Shown here: piece after piece, positions 45,947-55,222 of the stretch | Layout: every line of letters begins with the position of its first letter | Numbering within the stretch: position 1 is the first letter of the stretch | Assembly (NCBI GenBank): GCA_016840095.1 | Contig: JAEOSZ010000111.1 | Coordinates: 1 to 64,000, forward strand | Reading direction: 5' to 3' | Length of the DNA: 64,000 nt | Source: Candidatus Heimdallarchaeota archaeon | GTDB taxonomy: Archaea > Asgardarchaeota > Heimdallarchaeia > Heimdallarchaeales > Heimdallarchaeaceae | The notes under the pieces: model-generated | Seen by the model: the letters and a program-made list of their open reading frames with translations, nothing else | The model's database searches: none | What the model was told of the DNA's origin: nothing | Position numbers and translations under genes: made by a program

Positions 45947-48900
45947 ATGAAGAGAAGAATATTTGGTTTATTCTTAGCATGCATGATTCTCTCACAAAGC
46001 TACTTCTTCTCAAATGCCACATTTGATGATTCTTCTGAACTCGAAATTCAATCCATGGGAGAAAGAGTTAGATGGAATTATGAATTAGACGATTGGATTG
46101 GAGGGTCACCAACTATAGCCGATTTTGATAGAGATGGCTATTTTGATATAATTGTACCATGCCTAGATGGTACTCTGCGTTGTTTGGATTATCAAGGAAA
46201 TGAAAAATGGTTTTTTGATGCAGGTAGTCCCGTCAGAAATCCACTCATTATTGACATTGATAATAATGGAGATCTAGAGATACTTTTTGGAACTAATGGA
46301 GGTAGAGTATATTGCATTGAACCTGAAGGGACATTAAAATGGAGAAAAACCCTTGATACTGCTGTATATGATATCAATGCTGTTGATTTAGACAATGATG
46401 GAGTTAGGGAAGTTATTGTAACATGTTGGAAGAATGTGAATTGTCTATCAACTGATGGTACTTTGTTGTGGAGTTTCTACTTAGAATCATTAGATATTAG
46501 CCATGAAATTGCCATAGGGGATGTGGACGGAGATAATCAATATGAAGTTTTAGTGGCAGATTATATCCCAAACGCTCATTACTCATCTCTCTATTGTCTA
46601 AACTCAACAGGTGGAGTTAGGTGGAAACGAGATTACAATCTAGGGTTAGGCAATTTAGTAACAGCAGATGTAGACTCAGATGGGAAAGATGAGATATTCA
46701 ATTCTAATTACAATGCAATTATGTGTATAAGTGAGAACGGACATGAAGTTTGGAGAACTACAACAGGAGCCTCTACTTTTAATAAAATTTCAGTTTGTGA
46801 TATAGATAATGATTCAGTGTTGGAACTTGTGTTTTATCGAAGTAGTGGAATGATTCAACATATTAATGGAATAACAGGAGCTTTAGAAAGGACCTTAGAT
46901 ATATATTATAGTACTCATGGTAATAGTTTTAGTATAGCTGATCTTGACAATAATGGAAAATATGAGTATATTTATACTACGTGGGATGAAAAAAAATTAG
47001 TTTGTTTAGATGATCAAGGAAATGATAAGTGGGTTCATTCCGCAGTTTATTGGCCAACAGCTGTACCATGTGTGGTGGATCTGGACAATGATGGAGTATT
47101 TGAAATTGTATTTGGTCAATCTAAAATTAATGATTTGTCCAGAGTTACCTGTATAGAACTTTCTGATGTAAGTGAATCAGGAAATGCTCCTTGGTATTGT
47201 TGTGATGGAACAGTAGCAAGAACAAATTTTGGAGATTATGATTTTGATCTGCTAGATACTGTAACTGAAAGATTCTATGGAACAGATGAAACAAACCCTG
47301 ACTCGGATTCAGATGGTCTATTAGATGGGATAGAAGTATTGAGTATTTATAGTGATCCTACAAACCCTGACTCGGATTCAGATGGTCTATTAGATGGCTG
47401 GGAAATTGAATATGGTCTGGATCCAATAGTGAGTGATGGGGCGCTAGATTTTGATAATGATGGTTTAACAAATATAGACGAAGTAATGTATGGAACAGAT
47501 GTCTTTTCAAATGATACTGACTCAGACGATTTAAGTGATTATGATGAGATATTCATCTATTTCACTAATCCAGTTGAAAATGATACAGATTCGGACCTTC
47601 TAAATGATTATGAAGAAATTTTTACATATTTTACGTTACCAGATAATAATGATACTGATAATGACATAATGTTAGATGGGTGGGAGACGATAAATAGCTT
47701 AGATCCTTTAACAAATGATACAGACTTAGATCCAGATTTGGATAATCTAATTAACCTGTACGAATTCCAACTTAAATCTAATCCCCAAAACAATGACACG
47801 GACTCTGATTATTTAGCTGATGATGAAGAAGTGTACATCTACAATACGGATTTACTAAATGATGATACAGATTTTGATAACTTAATAGATGGTGATGAGG
47901 TTTTTATTCACCTGACTCTACCAAATGACAATGATACAGATGATGATTCAATAATTGATGGGTGGGAGGTCCTATATGGTCTGAATCCCTTAGTCAATGA
48001 TTCATATCTGGATGATGATTCAGATGCTTTAGATAATTTCAACGAATTTGTGTATAATTGTAATCCAAATTTGAACGATACAGATTCTGACAATCTTCTT
48101 GATGGAGAAGAAGTTCTGGTATATGGTTTAAATCCTCTATCTAATGATACAGATTCAGATCTTTTATTTGATTATGATGAACTATTTATTTATTCTACAG
48201 ATCCTGGTTTAAATGATACAGATTCAGATAACTGTCCAGATGGCTGGGAAATTTTCTGTGGACTCAATCCGTTTCTGAATGATTCCTATTCAGATCCTGA
48301 TATTGATGGACTAACTAATATTCAAGAATATCAATACTCAACTCTTCCCTTAGTTAATGATACAGATTCAGATTTGATGCCTGATGGTTGGGAAATAACC
48401 TATGATTTGAATCCTCTAGCAATTGATTCACTCTACGACTTGGATCTTGATGGGTTATCTAATTATTTAGAATTCATTTTTGGATCGAATCCTCAAGAAA
48501 TTGATAGTGACAATGATATAATGGATGACTTTTTCGAATATACTTATGGTCTTGATCCAATGAACCATTCAGATGCTTTAGATGATGCTGATGACGATGG
48601 ATTGATCAATCTGAAGGAATTTTACGAAGGATTTTCACCAATTAACAACGATACAGATTCCGATAGCATGCCTGATGCCTGGGAATATTATAACAGTCTT
48701 AATGCAACAGATGCATCTGATGCTTCAGAAGATTTCGATGGAGATGGGCTAATTAATTCATTAGAGTTCTATTATGGAACCCAACCTGATGATGTAGATT
48801 CTGATGACGATGGTTTTTCAGATTTTAATGAAATCAATAAAGGTTTTGATCCTCTTGATCCTAGTTCTAATCCCGCCATCTCCCGTAGAAATATGTGGAT

Positions 48901-49435
48901 AGCTCTGAATCTTTCTGCTTCTTCACTTCTAGCACTTCTTCTTTACTATATAATTTGGAATAGGAGAAAACAGAAGAAAAAACTTCTAGTTGAGAAAGAG
49001 AAGATGATGGGTTCATTAGGCTTTACTTCGATGGAAGAAATGAATCGAATACAATCCTTAGGTTTTATTTCCAAGAGTGAGTATAACACGATTAAATCAA
49101 TGGGTTTCGATTCTAAACTTGAATATTTGACAGATCAATTAGGTTATTTACTTCTTGATTCATGGCTGAAGGCCGAAGAGCATCATACATATAAGACACA
49201 AATTGCTAAAACTAAATCCACTGCCAAGCTTGAAGAACTTCGAGAAAAAATTGAAGATATTAGCAAATTTCTCTCAAAAACTCAATATTTGATAGACGAT
49301 TATGGTTTGTTGGAAGATGGGTTATTCAATGATTCTTGGATATCATCAATTAGCAATGTTCAAAACATGAGAGTTGAAGTTGAAAAAACCCTTAATCTTT
49401 TGGATGAAAAAATATCTTCCCTTAAGAAGAAATAG
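45947..49435 (+). CDS. Large surface protein: FG-GAP-like beta-propeller, TSP3-like Ca-binding repeat stalk, TM and cytoplasmic helical tail
   Basis: Signal peptide; 8 D(F/I/L/V)DxDG-type repeats; many DxDxDxL.D..E..(G)L(N/D)P repeats; TM then NRRKQKKK. Confidence 0.85.
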   Translation: MKRRIFGLFLACMILSQSYFFSNATFDDSSELEIQSMGERVRWNYELDDWIGGSPTIADFDRDGYFDIIVPCLDGTLRCLDYQGNEKWFFDAGSPVRNPLIIDIDNNGDLEILFGTNGGRVYCIEPEGTLKWRKTLDTAVYDINAVDLDNDGVREVIVTCWKNVNCLSTDGTLLWSFYLESLDISHEIAIGDVDGDNQYEVLVADYIPNAHYSSLYCLNSTGGVRWKRDYNLGLGNLVTADVDSDGKDEIFNSNYNAIMCISENGHEVWRTTTGASTFNKISVCDIDNDSVLELVFYRSSGMIQHINGITGALERTLDIYYSTHGNSFSIADLDNNGKYEYIYTTWDEKKLVCLDDQGNDKWVHSAVYWPTAVPCVVDLDNDGVFEIVFGQSKINDLSRVTCIELSDVSESGNAPWYCCDGTVARTNFGDYDFDLLDTVTERFYGTDETNPDSDSDGLLDGIEVLSIYSDPTNPDSDSDGLLDGWEIEYGLDPIVSDGALDFDNDGLTNIDEVMYGTDVFSNDTDSDDLSDYDEIFIYFTNPVENDTDSDLLNDYEEIFTYFTLPDNNDTDNDIMLDGWETINSLDPLTNDTDLDPDLDNLINLYEFQLKSNPQNNDTDSDYLADDEEVYIYNTDLLNDDTDFDNLIDGDEVFIHLTLPNDNDTDDDSIIDGWEVLYGLNPLVNDSYLDDDSDALDNFNEFVYNCNPNLNDTDSDNLLDGEEVLVYGLNPLSNDTDSDLLFDYDELFIYSTDPGLNDTDSDNCPDGWEIFCGLNPFLNDSYSDPDIDGLTNIQEYQYSTLPLVNDTDSDLMPDGWEITYDLNPLAIDSLYDLDLDGLSNYLEFIFGSNPQEIDSDNDIMDDFFEYTYGLDPMNHSDALDDADDDGLINLKEFYEGFSPINNDTDSDSMPDAWEYYNSLNATDASDASEDFDGDGLINSLEFYYGTQPDDVDSDDDGFSDFNEINKGFDPLDPSSNPAISRRNMWIALNLSASSLLALLLYYIIWNRRKQKKKLLVEKEKMMGSLGFTSMEEMNRIQSLGFISKSEYNTIKSMGFDSKLEYLTDQLGYLLLDSWLKAEEHHTYKTQIAKTKSTAKLEELREKIEDISKFLSKTQYLIDDYGLLEDGLFNDSWISSISNVQNMRVEVEKTLNLLDEKISSLKKK
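47291..47397 (+). repeat. Exact 38-bp direct repeat (47291-47328 and 47360-47397) within the Ca-repeat stalk
   Basis: acaaaccctgactcggattcagatggtctattagatgg twice, 69 bp apart. Confidence 0.9.
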
Positions 49436-49487
49436 ATACTTGTTTTCTTCCCAAAATTCTTTTGAATATCAACCAATATTATAAATT

Positions 49488-50042
49488 GTGACTAATATGA
49501 CTTTTGATGAAAAAAATCTGGATTTTCCCCGTCCTGGATCAGCTGAGTATAATCTTCTTTTTGGCGATTCTGAAAGCCAGAATAAAACACTCAAAACTTG
49601 GAAACGTCTAAACAAATTTTTCACTATACCATTGTATAAACTGAATATTCTTCCTCTATTTGGAGCTGGAAAGATTTTCTTACTTCTTTATACTACAGGA
49701 AGAAAGACAGGTAAAAAGAGAATTACTCCTGTTGAATATAGAAAAAGGGAAGGTGTGATTCATTTCGTTGCAGGAAGGGGGAAAAAAGCACACTGGCTTC
49801 AGAATATGTTAGCAAAACCAGATGAAGTAAAAGTCAAAGTTGGGTTCAAAAAATATCAAATTAGCTTTGAGTTACTTTCTTCAATTGAAGAAAAAAATGA
49901 TTTGTTCAAATGGTATGTTGAAAAATATCCTAAAGCTGCAAAAATGTTATTTGGCTGGAATCCAAAAGAAGACGACTTAACAACTGCAGATTTTACCTCT
50001 TTCTCTGAACTAGTTGAAATTGTGAAAATAATGCCTAGATAA
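49488..50042 (+). CDS. Deazaflavin (F420)-dependent nitroreductase-family protein (DDN-like)
   Basis: LLLYTTGRKTGKKR.TPV, W.QN..A.P.V.V. Confidence 0.8.
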   Translation: MTNMTFDEKNLDFPRPGSAEYNLLFGDSESQNKTLKTWKRLNKFFTIPLYKLNILPLFGAGKIFLLLYTTGRKTGKKRITPVEYRKREGVIHFVAGRGKKAHWLQNMLAKPDEVKVKVGFKKYQISFELLSSIEEKNDLFKWYVEKYPKAAKMLFGWNPKEDDLTTADFTSFSELVEIVKIMPR

Positions 50043-50100
50043 TGCATATTTTGGATAGAAGTAAAGCTTATATCCTTAGAGAACGTGATATAAAATTAAC

Positions 50101-52014
50101 TTGAACTCCAGTACTACAGAATATAAGGGTTACAGAGGTAAGGTAATAGTTGTAGATTTGTCTACACAATCTATTACTGTTGAAACCACTGATCCACAGT
50201 TGATTGACGATTTTTTGGGAGGAAGAGGATGGGCAATTAAATATCTCTATGATAATCTTAAACCCAATATTGATCCTCTTAGTGAAGAGAATATACTTGT
50301 TATAAGCCTTGGTCCTTTAACAGGAACTTTAGCACCTTCAACAGCTCGTTATACAATAGCTGCAAAATCTCCCTTAACTGGTGGGATTGGGTATGCAAAT
50401 TCTGGAGGACACTTTGCACCAGAACTAGCTTATGCGGGTTATGATGCTATTTTCATTCACGGAAAGTCGGAAATACCAGTTTATCTTTATATTGAAAACG
50501 AAGAAATCGAAATAAGAGATGCTAATGATTTTTGGGGTAAGGATACATGGGAAACTGATGAACTTCTAAGAGAAAAACTGTCAGACGATTTCCAAGTTTT
50601 ATGCATTGGACAAGGTGGAGAAAATCTTGTAAAATATGCCTCGATTATGAATAATCTTTCAAGAGCTGCCGCTAGAACTGGAGTTGGAACAGTTATGGGT
50701 TCTAAAAAATTAAAAGCCATAGCTGTTAAAGGAACTGGAGGAGTAGAAGTAGATAATCCACAGAAATTTAACGCTTTTATTGATGAAACTTTGGAAAAAA
50801 TCTATGATGATCCTGCTTATCCAAGTCTTTCTTATTATGGAACATCATTCTTAGTTGATTTAGCATACATAAGTGGAGGTCTTGCTACTCGAAATAATCA
50901 ATCAGGGATTTTTGATCAGTATGAGAACATTTCTGCTGAAACTTTTGATGAATTATATCGTATCAAATCTGAAAGTTGTTTTGCATGTCCCATTCATTGT
51001 GGTAAATACTCCAAAGTAGAATCAGGCAAATATGCAGGAACTAAGGGTGGAAGCCCAGAATATGAAACAATAGTTTGTTTTGGTTCTAAATGTGGAATTG
51101 GTGATTTAGGAGCAATTCTCAAAGCAAATGAACTAGCAAACAGATACGGTTTAGATACTATCTCTCTAGGAGACACAATTGCCTTTGCGATGGAAGCATA
51201 TGAAAACGGAGTTATTTCATTAGATGACACCGATGGAATAGATTTGGTTTGGGGAAATGATGATGCTTTAATTGAATTAATAAGAAAAGTTGCATATAGA
51301 GAAGGTTTTGGGAATGATCTTGCTGAGGGAACAAAGAGATTTTCTGAAAAGATAAAAGGTGGATCAGAAAATTATGCACTTCATATTAAAGGAATGGAAC
51401 CTCCTGCTTATGATGTTAGAACAGCTAAAGCTTTCGGTTTAGGTTGGGCAACTGCCACGAGAGGAGCTGACCATTTAGCAGCTCTTCCAAATTTTGAGTT
51501 ATTAGGTTATGAACCTGAAAAAGGTTTAGAGTGGTTTGGATCTAAAAAAGCTGTAGATCCATTCTCTCCAGAAGGAAAACCCAGAATGGTTGTTTGGCAT
51601 GAGAATTTTGGTGCAATTGTAGATTCAGCAGAAATGTGCAAATACACTTGTTTTTCGGCTTATGCAGTAAGACCTGAAGATATGGCTATTTTTCTAACTT
51701 ATGCAACCGGAAGAGAAATTTCTACTGAAGAATTATTGCTTATAGGGGAGCGAATATACAATCTAGAACGCTTATTTAACCTAAGAGAAGGAAAAGGGAA
51801 AGATGAAGATATTCTTCCAAAGAGATTTACCAATGAACCTTTCTCAGAAGGACCAGCAAAAGGACAAATTGTAGAATTAGATGTGATGCTACCAAAATAT
51901 TATGAATTAAGAGGATGGGATTCAGAAACAGGTCTTCCCAAAGAATCCCAACTTAAAAAATTAGGGTTACTAGAATCTGCAAAGAAGTTCAAATTGCTTA
52001 AGGAGGAGAAATAA
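50101..52014 (+). CDS. aor: Tungsten-dependent aldehyde:ferredoxin oxidoreductase family
   Basis: FLGGRG, KSPLTG, SGG.F, GTVMGSKKLKAIAV, CFACPIHCG, PEYET, GLDTISLG, RGADH, DSAEMCKY, GERIYNLERLFN. Confidence 0.92.
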   Translation: MNSSTTEYKGYRGKVIVVDLSTQSITVETTDPQLIDDFLGGRGWAIKYLYDNLKPNIDPLSEENILVISLGPLTGTLAPSTARYTIAAKSPLTGGIGYANSGGHFAPELAYAGYDAIFIHGKSEIPVYLYIENEEIEIRDANDFWGKDTWETDELLREKLSDDFQVLCIGQGGENLVKYASIMNNLSRAAARTGVGTVMGSKKLKAIAVKGTGGVEVDNPQKFNAFIDETLEKIYDDPAYPSLSYYGTSFLVDLAYISGGLATRNNQSGIFDQYENISAETFDELYRIKSESCFACPIHCGKYSKVESGKYAGTKGGSPEYETIVCFGSKCGIGDLGAILKANELANRYGLDTISLGDTIAFAMEAYENGVISLDDTDGIDLVWGNDDALIELIRKVAYREGFGNDLAEGTKRFSEKIKGGSENYALHIKGMEPPAYDVRTAKAFGLGWATATRGADHLAALPNFELLGYEPEKGLEWFGSKKAVDPFSPEGKPRMVVWHENFGAIVDSAEMCKYTCFSAYAVRPEDMAIFLTYATGREISTEELLLIGERIYNLERLFNLREGKGKDEDILPKRFTNEPFSEGPAKGQIVELDVMLPKYYELRGWDSETGLPKESQLKKLGLLESAKKFKLLKEEK

Positions 52015-52015
52015 G

Positions 52016-52492
52016 ATGAATTCAGAAATAAAAAGAAGGATTTTCGTCCAAAAAGAGAAATGTAATGGATGTCGAATTTGTGAATTACGTTGTTCTTTTG
52101 AACATGAAACAATCTATTCTCCGCATTTATCCAGAATTCATGTAATTAAGGATGAAGTTGAAGGAATTACCATTCCTAAAACATGTGTTATCTGTGGTAA
52201 ATGTATAGATGCATGTCCAGAGAAGGCAATTTCTAAATCATTATCAACTGGAGCAATAGAAATTGATGAAGAATTGTGTACTGGTTGCAAAGTTTGCGTA
52301 GATGCATGTCCATTTGAAGTCATGAGATTTAATTCAGAAAAAAATCTTGCATATACATGCGATTTATGTAATGGTTCTCCACAATGTGTAAAATATTGTC
52401 CAGAAGAAGCTTTACATTTCATGTCTGCAAAAGAATTTGCTGAATATAAGAAAAAGGATCAAGAAGAAAAAAAACCAGATGTTATACCTTGA
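52016..52492 (+). CDS. 4Fe-4S multicluster ferredoxin subunit (AOR-associated)
   Basis: Four Cys clusters: CNGCRICELRC, CVICGKCIDACP, CTGCKVCVDACP, CDLC...CVKYCP. Confidence 0.9.
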   Translation: MNSEIKRRIFVQKEKCNGCRICELRCSFEHETIYSPHLSRIHVIKDEVEGITIPKTCVICGKCIDACPEKAISKSLSTGAIEIDEELCTGCKVCVDACPFEVMRFNSEKNLAYTCDLCNGSPQCVKYCPEEALHFMSAKEFAEYKKKDQEEKKPDVIP

Positions 52493-52506
52493 ACATGTGT
52501 TTAAAA

Positions 52507-54318
52507 TTATTTCTTTTTGCTTTTGGTGCTGTCCGTTTTTAGAGCTTCTTCTACATCACCAAAAAATTCTTTGTCATGAATATAGAGATCAACTTGTTTA
52601 GTTATATCTTTTGCAAGTTTTACCCTGAGATAAATGTAAATTGTTTCCAAAAAGTTCGTAATCTTAGGAGTTAAGGGCTTAAGTTTTATGTAACTATAGA
52701 CAAGAACGCCGATAATTGAAACCCAAACTGGAACAAGATATCCTGCATAAAGCCTTATCCAATTATCAAACTTCTGCGGATTTGAAGCTCTCTCAAATTC
52801 TTCTATATTTGTAAATCCATCTTTATCGGGATCATCAAAAGTACTGTTCTGAAGTGGATCCAGGAAGTATTCTACTTCCCAGCTATCTGGAAGAGAATCA
52901 TTATCTGTGTCAACAGATAGTCTATCTGTATGATATAGATGAGTCTCTGCATAGTCGTTCAAAAAATCACCATCACTGTCAGGATTTCCATGTCTGTAAA
53001 AACTCCCTCCATATGTCCACCAAGAACTAGTAGAATTTGAAGATTCTAATAGTTCAAAACAATAAACATCTTTCTTTGTAGGTCTCGAGATTATCACTTC
53101 TAGTTTTCCGTCAGTATCAATATCTGCTACTAGAGGTGCTTGAGGTGAAATACCTTCAATATCTCTCAATATAATTCTATCTCCTAGGTGGTCTAAACCT
53201 ATGAAAAAGCTATCTCCTTCGCTAAAAAGAACTTCTAGTTTTTTATCATTATCAATATCTATTGCACAAGGATTACCAACACTAGTTGTAGAATTGACTA
53301 TCCATTGAAGGTGTCCAGTTTCATTTAAACAAAAAACGTTTCCCTCGCCTGTAATGGGATTGTATGCACTAGAAACAACTTCTAAACTCCCGTCATTATC
53401 TAAGTCTGCAATACAAGGATCAAAGTTCATTAAATTACTTCTATTAAGAACGAAATCTTGAGAATAACTCCATTCTATTTCGCCCATATGATCAAAGCAA
53501 TACAAATGATAAGTACTTCCAACAATTATCTCGGTTGTATTGTCTCCATCTAGATCAGCAACCCCTATAGAGGAATCACCCCTAACAATACCAGTTACCC
53601 ATTTTTCTTCTCCTGAAATAGTTAGTGAGTGAAGTTTGTAATCGTTTCCAATAATTAAGATATCCAACATCCCGTTATTGTCAATATCTGCAATAGTGGG
53701 CGATGACCCAAAATGTAGTGTCCAATATCCAGAATATTCCATAGTTAAATTAAAATTATATGCAAATTTTCCTTTTCTAGTTAAAACAAAGGGTTGACTA
53801 ATTGTGTCTGCAGTTGACACAATTATGTCTAAATGTTTATCACCATCAATATCAAAAATACAAGGTGTAAATTCTTTGAATTCAGATTCTGTTTTGTATT
53901 CCCAGAGAATAGATCCTGAGTGATCAATACAAATTAAGGATGATTCTGCTGTTAATAGTATGTCAACTTTACCATCTTCATTCAAGTCTCCAAAGTTTAT
54001 TCTACCTGCAAGAGATGTGTCTAACTCTAGAGACCAAAGTATCGTTCCTAAATTATCCAAACAGAAGATGTAATTTTCAGTCATAACTATTACTTCCACT
54101 ATTCCATCTCTATTCAGATCAACAAGAGAAGGAGATCCTTTGATATCTCTCCCAAAAGTAGTTGACCACGAAGGTCCCAAGTAGTTTTCTCCTATAACGT
54201 CAGTACCCTCTACTCTATTTGGTGAATTGAACATTAATAGAGAGAAAAAAAGTACAAATAATAGAATGAATCTAGTTTTAATAGATTGTGGGCTAAATTT
54301 GTACTTTCGATTGAACAC
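52507..54318 (-). CDS. Surface protein: FG-GAP-like propeller, short TSP3-like Ca repeats and TM
   Basis: Signal peptide; 8 D(L/I)(D/N)xDG-type repeats; DSDGD.L.D..E, DTDND.LPDSWE; C-terminal TM. Confidence 0.82.
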   Translation of the reverse strand: MFNRKYKFSPQSIKTRFILLFVLFFSLLMFNSPNRVEGTDVIGENYLGPSWSTTFGRDIKGSPSLVDLNRDGIVEVIVMTENYIFCLDNLGTILWSLELDTSLAGRINFGDLNEDGKVDILLTAESSLICIDHSGSILWEYKTESEFKEFTPCIFDIDGDKHLDIIVSTADTISQPFVLTRKGKFAYNFNLTMEYSGYWTLHFGSSPTIADIDNNGMLDILIIGNDYKLHSLTISGEEKWVTGIVRGDSSIGVADLDGDNTTEIIVGSTYHLYCFDHMGEIEWSYSQDFVLNRSNLMNFDPCIADLDNDGSLEVVSSAYNPITGEGNVFCLNETGHLQWIVNSTTSVGNPCAIDIDNDKKLEVLFSEGDSFFIGLDHLGDRIILRDIEGISPQAPLVADIDTDGKLEVIISRPTKKDVYCFELLESSNSTSSWWTYGGSFYRHGNPDSDGDFLNDYAETHLYHTDRLSVDTDNDSLPDSWEVEYFLDPLQNSTFDDPDKDGFTNIEEFERASNPQKFDNWIRLYAGYLVPVWVSIIGVLVYSYIKLKPLTPKITNFLETIYIYLRVKLAKDITKQVDLYIHDKEFFGDVEEALKTDSTKSKKK

Positions 54319-54369
54319 AGCATAATATTGTTTCAGACAGTTAAAAACTTACTCAAAATAACATTAAAA

Positions 54370-54651
54370 TCAGTTTCCTCCAGCAATTGCGGGCATAAGC
54401 GCTACCATGTCACCATCATTCAACTTGGTTTGAAATCCATCTAGAATGTTAATATTTCTCCCATTTACTATAATGCGATAATGCTTCTTCAAATTGCCAT
54501 TACTATCAAGAATCTCTTCCTTGAGAACCTCTCCATATTTTTCAAAAAAACTTTCTAGTAGTTCTTCTATTGAATTTGTTTCAAAATAGAACTTCTTTTT
54601 TCCTATTATTTCTTTTATTTTCGTGAAAGTTATAATTTCAACATTAGCCAT
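54370..54651 (-). CDS. MoaD/SAMP-family ubiquitin-like (beta-grasp) protein with GG-N C-terminus
   Basis: IIVNGRNI..LDG..TKL.DGD.VALMPAIAGG-N. Confidence 0.88.
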   Translation of the reverse strand: MANVEIITFTKIKEIIGKKKFYFETNSIEELLESFFEKYGEVLKEEILDSNGNLKKHYRIIVNGRNINILDGFQTKLNDGDMVALMPAIAGGN

Positions 54652-54691
54652 GAATCAAACCACTTCAATCTATTCGTTGAGAAAATTGTTC

Positions 54692-54955
54692 TCAAGATTG
54701 AGATTGTTCTTCTAGTAAAAATAGCTTTCTTAATTCTTGCATAGCTTCGTGATGGTGTAAATGTTCAAGCTTTCTTGCTGCTTCAAAGTGCTCTCCACAA
54801 AACCATTCCATAAAAGGAGGATGTTCTACAATGCTTTTCTTCTTAACCCTCTTCTCCCATTTTTTATCCTGTTTTGTTTTTTTGAAGCTGACAGTTCCTC
54901 CCTCTTCTCTGTGATCAAATTTGTTCATGCACAGCTCACAAATTGGCGGTTTCAT
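54692..54955 (-). CDS. Small putative zinc-binding protein (paralog 2)
   Basis: MKPPICELC..GG.V.F..HPP..EWFCGEH. Confidence 0.75.
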   Translation of the reverse strand: MKPPICELCMNKFDHREEGGTVSFKKTKQDKKWEKRVKKKSIVEHPPFMEWFCGEHFEAARKLEHLHHHEAMQELRKLFLLEEQSQS

Positions 54956-55210
54956 CTATAACAAATCCTTAGAGAATTTTTCTTTTAATATCTCCATTGC
55001 TTCAGACATTGTTAGTTTAGATAATTCCTTAGCTGCCTCATAATGTTTTTCACAAAACCAATCTGCGTAAGGTGGATGGCCAGTCAACCCCTCAACTTTC
55101 ATTGCTTTAATCCACCTTTCATCACTTTTACTCTTCTCAAAATAAACCAACCCTCCTTCATCAGAATCAGTAAATTCTTTGTAACAAATAACACAAATTG
55201 GCGGTTTCAT
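54956..55210 (-). CDS. Small putative zinc-binding protein (paralog 1)
   Basis: MKPPICVIC..GGLVYF..GHPP..DWFCEKH; stop abuts next ATG. Confidence 0.75.
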   Translation of the reverse strand: MKPPICVICYKEFTDSDEGGLVYFEKSKSDERWIKAMKVEGLTGHPPYADWFCEKHYEAAKELSKLTMSEAMEILKEKFSKDLL

Positions 55211-55222
55211 GATGAGTTTTTG

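Noticed and set aside
48900-49000. True integrin assignment for the propeller protein
   Set aside because: No GFFKR juxtamembrane motif, no thigh/calf Ig domains, eight rather than seven repeats, and no beta-integrin gene nearby; only the architecture is analogous.
54360-54372. UGA read-through (selenocysteine) after the Ubl GG-N
   Set aside because: An in-frame TAA follows one codon later, and no SECIS-like hairpin is evident in the short AT-rich spacer.
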